Source: a virus (Duplodnaviria; Caudoviricetes). Taken from it: DNA of 64,000 nt. The first letter of the stretch is position 1; each line of letters starts with the position of its first letter. The position numbers and the translations under genes were made by a program. This document shows, one piece after another, positions 9,554-18,931 of the stretch. The notes below the pieces were generated by a model, which saw only the letters and a program-made list of their open reading frames with translations, was not told the DNA's origin and ran no database searches. Location: IMG/VR virus record IMGVR_UViG_3300033121_001585, positions 6,081 through 70,080 of that record; one strand, written 5' to 3'.

Positions 9554-10052
9554 GTTTATTAAATGTAGCTATTAACTTTTCTTTTTCTTTAAGAAAATTA
9601 AATTGAGGATTGCAATCCCAACAGACAAAATCTAATTCTATTGCAATTTTTCCTAATTTATCTAATTCTTGAAAAGAACATTTATTCGATGCGAAGCTTA
9701 TTATACCAGTATGATTTAATCTTGTCAATAGAGATTTGAAAAAATCTTTATTTAATATATGAGTATTTATATCATCAAATATTATTAACTCATTTTCTGT
9801 ATCTTCTACACATCCTAATAAGTCTAAACATTCAGAAAAAGGTTTTAAAGTATCGGTAGTAAACACGTTATGAATTTTGTCATATGAATAATATAAAACT
9901 TTGTGGATATCATTTATTTTAATCAGTTTCATCCACATGCATGATTGCCATTCATAATCACTGTATACATCGTGTTCATCTACAGCTTTATATAAAGCTG
10001 ATTCCCATCTAAATTTTAAAAAGTCACTTTCATTATAAGTTTTGCAAAACAT
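9537..10052 (-). CDS. Hypothetical protein
   Basis: 171 aa ORF at the end of the sugar cassette. Confidence 0.7.
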   Translation of the reverse strand: MFCKTYNESDFLKFRWESALYKAVDEHDVYSDYEWQSCMWMKLIKINDIHKVLYYSYDKIHNVFTTDTLKPFSECLDLLGCVEDTENELIIFDDINTHILNKDFFKSLLTRLNHTGIISFASNKCSFQELDKLGKIAIELDFVCWDCNPQFNFLKEKEKLIATFNKHEFYN

Positions 10053-10846
10053 TATTTTTCCTCATGCCAATATTCACTATGTTGTTCTCCTATATGCCAA
10101 TGATAACTGCTTAGACCATACTTAGGCCATTGAAAATCAATACGAGGAAACGGTCTGAATATACGATTTTCTAATCTATATTTATCATATATTTTCATAG
10201 CTTCATTTTTCAAAGGAGCGTTGTCTACTAAATATTCTAACGGATTGTTTATGAACTTATATATATCCATATTTTGAGAATATATTTGATGTTCCAATGC
10301 ATAGTAATAACTGCCTATATAAGTTTCTGCTCTAAGTAATTCATTGTAGTTTGGATGATTAACCTTAATATTTTCATCAAGAGGAATAGCAAATAATTTT
10401 AATAAACTGTTTCTTTCTCCTAAAAAAAGATGGTCTCGTGGATGAAAAGGAAAAGCTGAATACATTCCTAATGTAAAAATTGTATCATCGTAATTGTAAT
10501 TATCGTTATAAAAACGAACCATTTTTTCAATAGATGAAGATGAAAAAATTTGGTCTGAACGCATTTTCATTACGTGGTCAGAATCTTTATCGGTTTGCAA
10601 CATTCCGCAACGACTGCTTAATATTTGAGCGTTTCTATTTCCGTTTCCTAAATTCTCAGGTAACTTATTTTCTATAAGTTTTAATTTAACGTTTTTAATT
10701 GGAAAAGAAATTTTTAAATTAGATAGTTCACCACCCCATGTTGATATAATTATTTCTGAGAAAATTTCAGTTTGAATTAAATTATTTAATTGTAAATGTG
10801 TGCTGCCAGTATATATCGGACCTTGTATTACTGCTGAGTATTGCAT
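10052..10846 (-). CDS. WavE-like LPS-synthesis family protein
   Basis: SAVIQGPI, EIIISTW, GNRNAQILSSRCG, MKMRSDQ, PFHPRDHLFLG. Confidence 0.75.
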   Translation of the reverse strand: MQYSAVIQGPIYTGSTHLQLNNLIQTEIFSEIIISTWGGELSNLKISFPIKNVKLKLIENKLPENLGNGNRNAQILSSRCGMLQTDKDSDHVMKMRSDQIFSSSSIEKMVRFYNDNYNYDDTIFTLGMYSAFPFHPRDHLFLGERNSLLKLFAIPLDENIKVNHPNYNELLRAETYIGSYYYALEHQIYSQNMDIYKFINNPLEYLVDNAPLKNEAMKIYDKYRLENRIFRPFPRIDFQWPKYGLSSYHWHIGEQHSEYWHEEK

Positions 10847-11160
10847 AAATACTTATCTCCCGGTACTGAAGGAGTCTTAATAATTAACAGTTTTGTGTCT
10901 TCAAGGAAGACAACATCTGAAATTTCATCTGGTTGATAAATAAAAATTTGTCCAGCTTCTAACTCTAACTTAGAAGCAATAACCTTTCCACTAATAATAA
11001 TATTGTATTCTGTTGCTAATCTATGACAATGAGCTTCGCCTTTATAACCTTTTTTATAATCATGAATAGCTACTTCTACTTGTGGGCTAAAAAACAAAGT
11101 TGGAGAAAAAAATCCAATTAACCAACCGTTTTTAAACCTGTTTATATCATCTATACTCAT
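10828..11160 (-). CDS. Cupin-fold protein
   Basis: GWLIGFFSP, HCHRLATEYN, KTPSVPGDKY. Confidence 0.7.
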   Translation of the reverse strand: MSIDDINRFKNGWLIGFFSPTLFFSPQVEVAIHDYKKGYKGEAHCHRLATEYNIIISGKVIASKLELEAGQIFIYQPDEISDVVFLEDTKLLIIKTPSVPGDKYLCNTQQ

Positions 11161-12274
11161 TTTTCATCATCCTCGTTTGATGTCTTCCGCCATCAAATGT
11201 AACAGTGTTCAAGATATCTATAAGTTCAAAATGATTAGTAAAACTATTAGGTATGCTAAAGAAATTAGCGGCATTATGTCTAATAGCATACTCAGCAGAA
11301 TATAAATCTGTTACCAACGCTGCTCTAATACCAGGATATTTATTAGCACAAATATTTATTCCCTGTCCGGTTCTACAAAAACCTATTCCAAACCCTTTAT
11401 ACATTTTTATGTATTTTACAACATCATCGACATATAAATTATAATCACAATTTATTTCTGAATTAGCTCCAACATCAACGTAATCAATATTTTTCAGCTT
11501 CATTAATCCTCTTAATCTATATTTATTTACGTAACCAGAATGGTCACAGCAAAGAGCGAATTTTCTAGGAGATACAGTATAAGGAAAAATCGCATCTTTA
11601 AAAAAAGTTAATTCTTCAGGAGTTCCCATTACATATAACTTATCAACTTCTTTATAAGTTACTTTTCCTCCATTTTTTATTATTATATTATATAATGGAC
11701 AAACATATGATTCTTTCTCATATATATACTGAGTAGAATAATTAACAAAAAGAGAACCGCTAGAAAAACAATATACTCCAACAGAAGCTTTATCGCTAAT
11801 TACACGTTTTTCTTCAGTTCTTCTAACAGTTAAACCATCATTTGATTCGATATAACTGTAATTTGGCGAATTAGCTTTGAATACAGTTAAAAAACCTTCT
11901 TGTTTAAAATGAGCAGGGGAGGGTATGTATTTCGGCTCAAAATAAACATCTGGGCAGTAAACAATTAACGGTGTTGAATTACTTATATGATTCTTGGCTA
12001 GAAGAACAGAATCTACAGCACCGGCGGTATTTCCTTTAGATAAAATTAAAGTACATCCAGGATATCTTTGAAAAAGAAATTTTTGAAGACTATCATGCTC
12101 CTCCCTGACTATAAAAAATAAATTACACTCACTATAATCAATAGAATCCATAGACCATTCAATAATACATTTGTCACCGGCAACTATGAGAGGCTTGGGA
12201 GTTGAAAAACCGGCGTCAACCATCCGTTGCCCCTTTCCTGCTAAAGGAACAACCAAATTATATCTTTTATTCAT
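11147..12274 (-). CDS. Sugar nucleotidyltransferase-like domain fused to RpiB/LacAB sugar-phosphate isomerase
   Basis: VPLAGKGQRM...PKPLI, MGTPEEL; then CCDHSG, GFCRTGQGINICANKYPGIRAAL, RHNAAN, FDGGRHQTR. Confidence 0.85.
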   Translation of the reverse strand: MNKRYNLVVPLAGKGQRMVDAGFSTPKPLIVAGDKCIIEWSMDSIDYSECNLFFIVREEHDSLQKFLFQRYPGCTLILSKGNTAGAVDSVLLAKNHISNSTPLIVYCPDVYFEPKYIPSPAHFKQEGFLTVFKANSPNYSYIESNDGLTVRRTEEKRVISDKASVGVYCFSSGSLFVNYSTQYIYEKESYVCPLYNIIIKNGGKVTYKEVDKLYVMGTPEELTFFKDAIFPYTVSPRKFALCCDHSGYVNKYRLRGLMKLKNIDYVDVGANSEINCDYNLYVDDVVKYIKMYKGFGIGFCRTGQGINICANKYPGIRAALVTDLYSAEYAIRHNAANFFSIPNSFTNHFELIDILNTVTFDGGRHQTRMMKNEYR

Positions 12275-13094
12275 AAAGCTTATTTCTTTCTACTAGTCTA
12301 GCAACAACCTTTTGATGTGTATCATACATGTTCATTTTTTCAAAACTAAAAGCTGTATTTATATCTTGATTTTGCAAAATAATGTTTATTATTTCAGCTG
12401 CTAAATAATCTCCAGCACCAATTGTATCTATAAATTTAATAGGACAATATTTGAATTCGACATAACAAGGATAATATTTTATAGAACCATCATTTACAAA
12501 ACCTACTGGTGTTTTTGTCACATATTTAACTTGTCCAGTTTTATGTATGACTGATACTGACCCGTTTTTGTGTTTATTTTGATACAAATCAAATATTGGA
12601 TGAGAATCAGTATTCATAAATACCAAATCTACATACTGTAAATCTTTTTCTATTTTAGCTAGATTAATATCTTTATAATTTTGATGCAAAGCAAAATCTA
12701 CCGAAATAGAAGCTTCTGGGAAGATATTATGAATAAAATCAACATCTACTAAAGGAAGCATGTCTAAATATGCTATATGAATATGCTTAGGATTATCTTT
12801 TCTATCAACGCATATATCATTTATATGTTCGTTAGTTAATTTAGATTTTAAAGATAAATATTTATAAGAAAAATCTTCTGATAAAAAGAAATCGCATCTA
12901 TCTGGTACTAAATTTTTACTTATAACAACATTTGCTTTATCAAGTAAAACGTCGTATAAATTATTAACTCCTCCGCATCTAACTTGATGTACATATTTTT
13001 CTTTTTTTAATACGTGTACATAATCGTGAAAGAAATTACCTATTAGTAGGCATTTTTCCGTTTGGTTCCCAGGGATAGGATTGCTGGAATTCAT
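12267..13094 (-). CDS. PfkB/ribokinase-family carbohydrate kinase
   Basis: C-terminal signature IDTIGAGDYLAA. Confidence 0.7.
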   Translation of the reverse strand: MNSSNPIPGNQTEKCLLIGNFFHDYVHVLKKEKYVHQVRCGGVNNLYDVLLDKANVVISKNLVPDRCDFFLSEDFSYKYLSLKSKLTNEHINDICVDRKDNPKHIHIAYLDMLPLVDVDFIHNIFPEASISVDFALHQNYKDINLAKIEKDLQYVDLVFMNTDSHPIFDLYQNKHKNGSVSVIHKTGQVKYVTKTPVGFVNDGSIKYYPCYVEFKYCPIKFIDTIGAGDYLAAEIINIILQNQDINTAFSFEKMNMYDTHQKVVARLVERNKLYE

Positions 13095-14010
13095 GTTTAA
13101 ATATCTCCCAAAGTTCTTCTATTGTTCCTTCTCCACCTTTAGTATTCAAGGTGAAATTAGCTGTTCTTTTCGTTATAGCAGCGGCATCGGCTGGACAATA
13201 ACTTTTACCAACTTCATGCATAATAGATATATCATAATAGTCGTCTCCTATATATAACATATCTTTTCTGTCTACATTAAAATCATTTTCTATATCCGAT
13301 AATACTAAGCTTTTATCAAGCTGAGGACTTTTCTTTGTACTATAAAATGGTAACGCTCTATTTTTTGCTATAGAAGCATTGCCTTTATCTCCAGACAGTA
13401 ATACAAAATAAACTCCAGCACTTATAAATCTTTTAATAGCTGTAAAATCTCTGTCTAAAAACTCTTTGTATTCACACGAACCGCTTGTCATATTATATAT
13501 TTTCTTACCACTTGTAAGAACACCGTCTACATCGCAAACTATCATTTTAAAAGGTTTTTTAGGAGTATGACCATACGGGAAAGCAAAATCCGTTATTATT
13601 CCTCCAACATTTGGAGTTTTATACTTATTTAAATTAAGGTCAACCATTATTGTTTTCGAATTAGCCCAATCCAAATTAAAAGAATAATGTTGATGAACTA
13701 TAACATTACCATGAGTGCTTACCGAAATATTTTCATCTTTTTGTATGAAAGAATTTATTTCTCTAAATTGAGATAAGTAAAACATGGTTTGAATATCTTT
13801 AGCATGAGTTAATATTCTGTTATTTTTTAGAAATTCTTTTTCTATTTTTTCTTGAGGTTTGTCATGCCCTAAGTATAGTATATCATCTATATAAAAAACG
13901 TCAACTTCAACATTGACATTTTTTGCTAAAGCTCGTTTTATCTGACCAATTGTGTTTTCGTTTTCACTAATCGAACCAGTTAAATTTCCCCTATGAGCGT
14001 ATACAAGCAT
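13036..14010 (-). CDS. GDPD-like domain fused to a KdsC-like HAD phosphatase
   Basis: YAHRGN...EVDV...LGHD...HAK; then CDVDGVLTSG, YIGDDYYDI, CPADA, TKGGEGTIEE. Confidence 0.8.
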   Translation of the reverse strand: MLVYAHRGNLTGSISENENTIGQIKRALAKNVNVEVDVFYIDDILYLGHDKPQEKIEKEFLKNNRILTHAKDIQTMFYLSQFREINSFIQKDENISVSTHGNVIVHQHYSFNLDWANSKTIMVDLNLNKYKTPNVGGIITDFAFPYGHTPKKPFKMIVCDVDGVLTSGKKIYNMTSGSCEYKEFLDRDFTAIKRFISAGVYFVLLSGDKGNASIAKNRALPFYSTKKSPQLDKSLVLSDIENDFNVDRKDMLYIGDDYYDISIMHEVGKSYCPADAAAITKRTANFTLNTKGGEGTIEELWEIFKHEFQQSYPWEPNGKMPTNR

Positions 14011-14941
14011 TACCTATCCTCACTAAATCATTATACATATTTTCATAAGTCCAGGTTTCAGTAGCTTTTGCCACCGCATCAAACCCATTTTTGATTACAT
14101 TTTTAATACCATTCTCTATTAATAATGAAGGTTGTATATTAACTAAATGTCTAAATAACTTGTGATTTGTAATAGCTATAGGTCGCTTTGCTGCTATAGC
14201 CCAATCTGTAGCACTAGAAACTCCAGTGCTAAAATTTCCTTCGTATATAAAACAATTTACTTCATTTTCAGATAACCAATCCAGCAATTGATTATCAGTC
14301 ATATAATCGTGATTAATTTCTAATTTTATATTTTCTTTTTTAGGAACTTCTCTACATCTTCTTGCTGTATGTATAGCGTGCATACCGTGTTTATCTACAT
14401 GGGTATTAAACGGAATATGCAATCTAATAACAGCCTCATCAAATTCGTTATTAACTAATTGTATTAGTTTCTCAAAACATTTGTGACTAAAACCAAAACC
14501 GAATGAGCCGACTGAATTTGGTATTACGCTTTTATTCGATTGATGTCTCAATATTGGTCTATTCAGTTTGTAATTTATACCATTCTCAATATATGTTGGG
14601 TCTACATATATGTTGGCTACTCCAGGCCAATTTTCAGGAAAGTCGTGTACTATTAACGCGGAAGGTTTAATTTTAGCATGTGTAATTATTAACCAACTCA
14701 TAGGAATTGGATGATGATTAAATATAATAGCTTCAGGTTTACAATTTTCAAGTATTTTAAAGAAATCTGAACCGTCTTTACATTCTTTATATAAGACAAC
14801 ATTGTTCATATGCATGCATGGAATGCAATTACCAATAATTCCAAATTTCTCTTCATTAACAGTTTGAATTATATTTCCTATATTTTTTCCAAACTGATAT
14901 ACTCCGCATTTTGCAAATTCTTGATTTATAAATAAAATCAT
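13991..14941 (-). CDS. Putative glycosyltransferase-like protein
   Basis: GSFGFGFSHKCFEKL and GVSSATDWAIAAKRPIAIT resemble the GT-B C-terminal lobe. Confidence 0.5.
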   Translation of the reverse strand: MILFINQEFAKCGVYQFGKNIGNIIQTVNEEKFGIIGNCIPCMHMNNVVLYKECKDGSDFFKILENCKPEAIIFNHHPIPMSWLIITHAKIKPSALIVHDFPENWPGVANIYVDPTYIENGINYKLNRPILRHQSNKSVIPNSVGSFGFGFSHKCFEKLIQLVNNEFDEAVIRLHIPFNTHVDKHGMHAIHTARRCREVPKKENIKLEINHDYMTDNQLLDWLSENEVNCFIYEGNFSTGVSSATDWAIAAKRPIAITNHKLFRHLVNIQPSLLIENGIKNVIKNGFDAVAKATETWTYENMYNDLVRIGNACIRS

Positions 14942-16206
14942 ATTTCTATTTCCGAATCTTTAGTAATTATTTTTGGAACTGGTAAAGGAACAAGCAATGT
15001 TCCCCCACTTGATAAGTAATCTTTGAATCTAACTTTAAAATTGTCAATAAAATGCCAAGGGAAAATTACTAAACATTCAGGTTTTTCTTCCATAGCTTCA
15101 GCTTCAGAAACTATTGGTATATTTGAGCCTGGAGTAAATTTGCCAAATTTATCTGGAGTAACTTCTAGCAGCTTCGCTACCAAAGAAGAATCTATTTTGA
15201 ACTTCTGAAGTAAAGTATTAGCTTTAGTAGATGCTCCAATACCATAAACTTTACCTCTTGAAAAATTTAGTAAAGCTGACTTAAATTTATTATGTACTAC
15301 ATTAACATTCTTGTTAAAATATCTCCATTTATATACTCTGAAAAAGTTTTTCTCTTGATTCAATGCTAAGTTAACTTTAGGTTCTAAGTGTTCAACAGTA
15401 TTTAAAGCTTTATGACAACATAAGACTCTTAATGAACTACCATTAACATCATTATAACTTACATCAAAAATCTTCATACCGTTTCTATTTAATAAAGTGT
15501 TCAACGTATTTAATGAATAATAGCCTATATGTTCATGGCAAATATTATCAAAAGCTGTCGTGGTGAACATTGACATTAAATCTGTCATTTGTATGCACCA
15601 AATACCAGATGGTTGTAAATTATTAACTACTGTCTTTACAAACTCGTCAGGTTTAGGAATATCGTAGAACATTGCTATTGATGTTACGACATCAAACTTT
15701 CTATTAAATGTAATTTTGTCATTAAAATAATCATTGATAAAAATGTCGCAGTTGGCCGAAGCTGAAGAAGCTAAATTATTAGCGGGGTCGAAGCCTACAT
15801 TAAATTCAGAACCTACTTTTCTGAAAATCTTCAATAATGTTCCGTCGTTACAACCTATATCCAATATTGATTTTGGAAGGTTGCCATTAAGTTTAAAGAA
15901 ATGAGAAGAAACATTAGTTTCTATATCTTTCAAAGAACTTACCATACTAGCGTTAGTAGATGAACGATAGTAATACTGTCTATACATCGAATCCGGTTCA
16001 ATAAATTTGTTAAGTTGCACGAAATTGCAATTAGAACACTCATTTAATGACAAGTCTTCTTTTTGCAATAAACAATCGCTATGAGATGTTGGGTATGGCA
16101 AAAAACAAGATTGATATATCTTACCGTAATTTACTACTTTTTTTAGATTTGAACCGCCACATAGAATACAATTTTTCATAAAATACCTTTGAAAAAGTTT
16201 TCCCAA
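14938..16206 (-). CDS. NDP-sugar C-methyltransferase-like class I SAM methyltransferase
   Basis: CILC...CSNC zinc region, ILDIGCNDGTLL, AMFYD, ICHEHIGYYS, YGIGASTKANTLL, FPWHF, LVPLP. Confidence 0.88.
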   Translation of the reverse strand: MGKLFQRYFMKNCILCGGSNLKKVVNYGKIYQSCFLPYPTSHSDCLLQKEDLSLNECSNCNFVQLNKFIEPDSMYRQYYYRSSTNASMVSSLKDIETNVSSHFFKLNGNLPKSILDIGCNDGTLLKIFRKVGSEFNVGFDPANNLASSASANCDIFINDYFNDKITFNRKFDVVTSIAMFYDIPKPDEFVKTVVNNLQPSGIWCIQMTDLMSMFTTTAFDNICHEHIGYYSLNTLNTLLNRNGMKIFDVSYNDVNGSSLRVLCCHKALNTVEHLEPKVNLALNQEKNFFRVYKWRYFNKNVNVVHNKFKSALLNFSRGKVYGIGASTKANTLLQKFKIDSSLVAKLLEVTPDKFGKFTPGSNIPIVSEAEAMEEKPECLVIFPWHFIDNFKVRFKDYLSSGGTLLVPLPVPKIITKDSEIEI

Positions 16207-17216
16207 TCAGATGTGCATTTTTCTATAGAGAAGTGTTTAATAGCTGTTTCTCTTCCTTTTTGTCCTATTTTACTTGCTAAATCTTTGTTTGTCAATAGCT
16301 CTTTTATAAAAATTTTCAATTGCTCTGGATTATCGGACCAAAAACCGTTAACGCCATTCTGTATAAAATTATGTGCATCAAATGTAGGAATATCTGGCAT
16401 ATAGTTACCTAACTTTGGACCTATTGAAACCATAGGTATTCCAGTAGATAAAGCTTCTACGAAAGTATAAGTAACTCCGCCTGGTTTACTACATGTAGAA
16501 AAATAAACTCCACAATTTTTTCTTAATTCTTGTATATCTTCTTGAGGAAGATTACTTAAAGCAAATTCTATATCTTCGTTTCCAAAACCGCAAACTAACC
16601 TATTAAAATCTTTTGTAACATAATCATAAATATTCCAACACGATACATCCCCGCGTTTTTTTAACCATTTATTAACTGTTAATACTTTATCCGTGGAACC
16701 ATTCCAACCTGAATAAACATTAGTATCTACAGATTGTCTAATAACTGCATCAGGAAGATATCCATGTAAATATTTTTCTTGTTCAGACAAGGCAACTTTT
16801 TTAACTTTATTTCTAAAAGGGCTAAAATGAGACTGCATTTGACTAATAGTGCGTAGTACAACTCTTTTATCTTTAATTAAGTCCCAATTCATGGTTAAAT
16901 TTTCTTCATAATATCCTATAACTATCACATCAAAAATTTTAGCTAAGTTAGGATTGATTCTATAAATATACGGACCTTGTACTCCAGCCTGTATATTACT
17001 TAATCTACCTTTCAACTTATCATAATCATGATATTTCTCAAACAAATAAGAAGCTTCTTCGCACACAGGAAAATCTATTTTTCCTCTACTAGAATTAATA
17101 GGAGTCAAAGGTCTAGTATAATGTCCTATAGAAAAAACATCAAAGCCTAGACGGTTAAACATGGTTAACTCATCATACTCTAATGTTTCATGGCACGAAA
17201 AATAAAGTAATTTCAA
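16176..17216 (-). CDS. GT4-like glycosyltransferase
   Basis: TFVEALSTGIPMV, IQNGVNGF, IGQKGRETAIKHFS. Confidence 0.85.
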   Translation of the reverse strand: MKLLYFSCHETLEYDELTMFNRLGFDVFSIGHYTRPLTPINSSRGKIDFPVCEEASYLFEKYHDYDKLKGRLSNIQAGVQGPYIYRINPNLAKIFDVIVIGYYEENLTMNWDLIKDKRVVLRTISQMQSHFSPFRNKVKKVALSEQEKYLHGYLPDAVIRQSVDTNVYSGWNGSTDKVLTVNKWLKKRGDVSCWNIYDYVTKDFNRLVCGFGNEDIEFALSNLPQEDIQELRKNCGVYFSTCSKPGGVTYTFVEALSTGIPMVSIGPKLGNYMPDIPTFDAHNFIQNGVNGFWSDNPEQLKIFIKELLTNKDLASKIGQKGRETAIKHFSIEKCTSDWENFFKGIL

Positions 17217-17848
17217 GCGAACGCCCCTTTGAATTTAGAAGGCTTAGAAATGTTTCTGTGGAACCTCATAAAGCGTGAGATAATTTTTGCTGTGTCCCGA
17301 ACGTCCTGCAACGCATTGTGTGCCCCTTCCTTGCTCAACCCTAAATAATCTCTCAGCGTATCCATTTTATAATTTTCTGGTTCTTTATGATTTTCAAACC
17401 ATAGAAAGCATATATCCAATAAGTCTATTCTATCTCTCTTATTAAATAAAGAACTTTTTCCTTCTTTGTCTACATTTCCGAATGTTTTAGATAATCTCTC
17501 GACTATTGGGCAGTCGAAATTTTTAATGTTAGCTCCAGCAGCTATAGGAGCGGTGAAAAATGATTTTTTAGGATTAAATGTATCAACATACTCAACAAAT
17601 TTTCTCCAAACTACAGGCAAGCATGGAGCGGCTTCTAAATCTTCTCTTTTTAGTTTATTAACTTCTAGAGCTTTAGCCTCCACGTTAGCCCAATTATTAG
17701 GTTTGATAAGAGAATTGAATTCGTGCTGAGATTTAATTTCTAAAGTTCTTGGGTCAATTACGGTTGTCGCTATCTGTAAAACTTCGCAAGTTTCTGGATT
17801 AGTTGAACCAGTTTCCATATCAAAAACAATTATTTGATTAAAGTTCAT
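17213..17848 (-). CDS. DEDDh 3'-5' exonuclease (DnaQ/epsilon-like)
   Basis: ExoI VFDMETG, ExoII NIKNFD, ExoIII HNALQDV. Confidence 0.9.
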   Translation of the reverse strand: MNFNQIIVFDMETGSTNPETCEVLQIATTVIDPRTLEIKSQHEFNSLIKPNNWANVEAKALEVNKLKREDLEAAPCLPVVWRKFVEYVDTFNPKKSFFTAPIAAGANIKNFDCPIVERLSKTFGNVDKEGKSSLFNKRDRIDLLDICFLWFENHKEPENYKMDTLRDYLGLSKEGAHNALQDVRDTAKIISRFMRFHRNISKPSKFKGAFA

Positions 17849-18170
17849 TTTTCTCTTCTTTGTTGTTATCTGATGTTAATGTAAACACTGTGTCTCCGTC
17901 TTCATTAACAGTGCTTGTTAAAAAGAAATTATTGCTTGGGTCACAAACACATTCTGATGTAACTTTCTTTAGCACTAATTCATTATTATTTTGTAAGCAA
18001 ATACCAGAAATTATCTTTCTAAAATCATTAAGTACATATTTATGATTTAAATCGCTTAGTATTAATTGATTTAATAAAGTTTCATTCGCTAATCTTTGAT
18101 ATTCAATCTCATCTAATAATTTATGATTTGTCCAAAATAGTGATTTAAGATATCGAATTATTGATTTCAT
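17838..18170 (-). CDS. Hypothetical protein
   Basis: 110 aa coupled ORF. Confidence 0.65.
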   Translation of the reverse strand: MKSIIRYLKSLFWTNHKLLDEIEYQRLANETLLNQLILSDLNHKYVLNDFRKIISGICLQNNNELVLKKVTSECVCDPSNNFFLTSTVNEDGDTVFTLTSDNNKEEKNEL

Positions 18171-18696
18171 TTTTTACCTTCTTTAAAAAATTAACAGTCT
18201 TTTCTTCTAATTCTTTTCCGTTATTTAATAAAAACTTAATATCATACCAAGGATATATTGAAGATTTCATATATGATACATCAAATCCCAAGCCTACATA
18301 TTTTGATAACGAAATACTTTTTTTAGTTTTTAATAAAAGTCTTGTCGGAACTAACCCCATAGTGATTATAACACAAGGTTGCAAACTTTTCAACTCTAAC
18401 CACAACCAAGATTTACAATCTTCAATATTTTTTTCCGAAATTTTTTCCTTAGTATAACATTTTACAACATTAGTAATGTAAAAATCTGACCTTTCCATTC
18501 CAGATAAATTTAATAGCTTAGTTAGATATTCTCCTTCAACTCCAGTTAATGGTTCTCCCATTATATCATCAGAACTGCTAGGGGAAGTACATATCAGCAT
18601 AGCTTTAGATTTTTGTTGATAATTATCAACAACAACATTATTACATTTTTTTCTTAATGAACAACGCTCACAAGATTTAACTAGTTCCAATTCCAT
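18145..18696 (-). CDS. Uracil-DNA glycosylase family 4-like protein with degenerate active-site motifs
   Basis: CERCSLR, YITNVVKC, EDCKSWL, IITMGLVP retained; GEAPG replaced by CTSPS and HPS replaced by YPWYD. Confidence 0.75.
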   Translation of the reverse strand: MELELVKSCERCSLRKKCNNVVVDNYQQKSKAMLICTSPSSSDDIMGEPLTGVEGEYLTKLLNLSGMERSDFYITNVVKCYTKEKISEKNIEDCKSWLWLELKSLQPCVIITMGLVPTRLLLKTKKSISLSKYVGLGFDVSYMKSSIYPWYDIKFLLNNGKELEEKTVNFLKKVKNEINNSIS

Positions 18697-18931
18697 CTAT
18701 TTCCTCATATGTCATAGTAAGATTTTCTTCATTTAATAACTCTATAAATCTATCTATAGCCTTTTTAATATCTTTATATTCAAAATATTCACAATCTTTA
18801 TCTTCGCTGGTCACTTCAAAATAATCGTTTTTAGAATTCCATCTTAAAGCAACAGTATTTCCAGCAATAGATTCTTGTGGTCTTTTCTTGAAAAAATCAT
18901 ACATGTACTGCTTAACATCTCCGTCAATCAT
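18677..18931 (-). CDS. Hypothetical protein
   Basis: 84 aa coupled ORF. Confidence 0.6.
   Translation of the reverse strand: MIDGDVKQYMYDFFKKRPQESIAGNTVALRWNSKNDYFEVTSEDKDCEYFEYKDIKKAIDRFIELLNEENLTMTYEEIDGIGTS

Noticed and set aside
9553-18924. Split intein or intron joining the dnaE halves
   Set aside because: No intein N or C fragments at the break, and the gap is filled with ordinary genes
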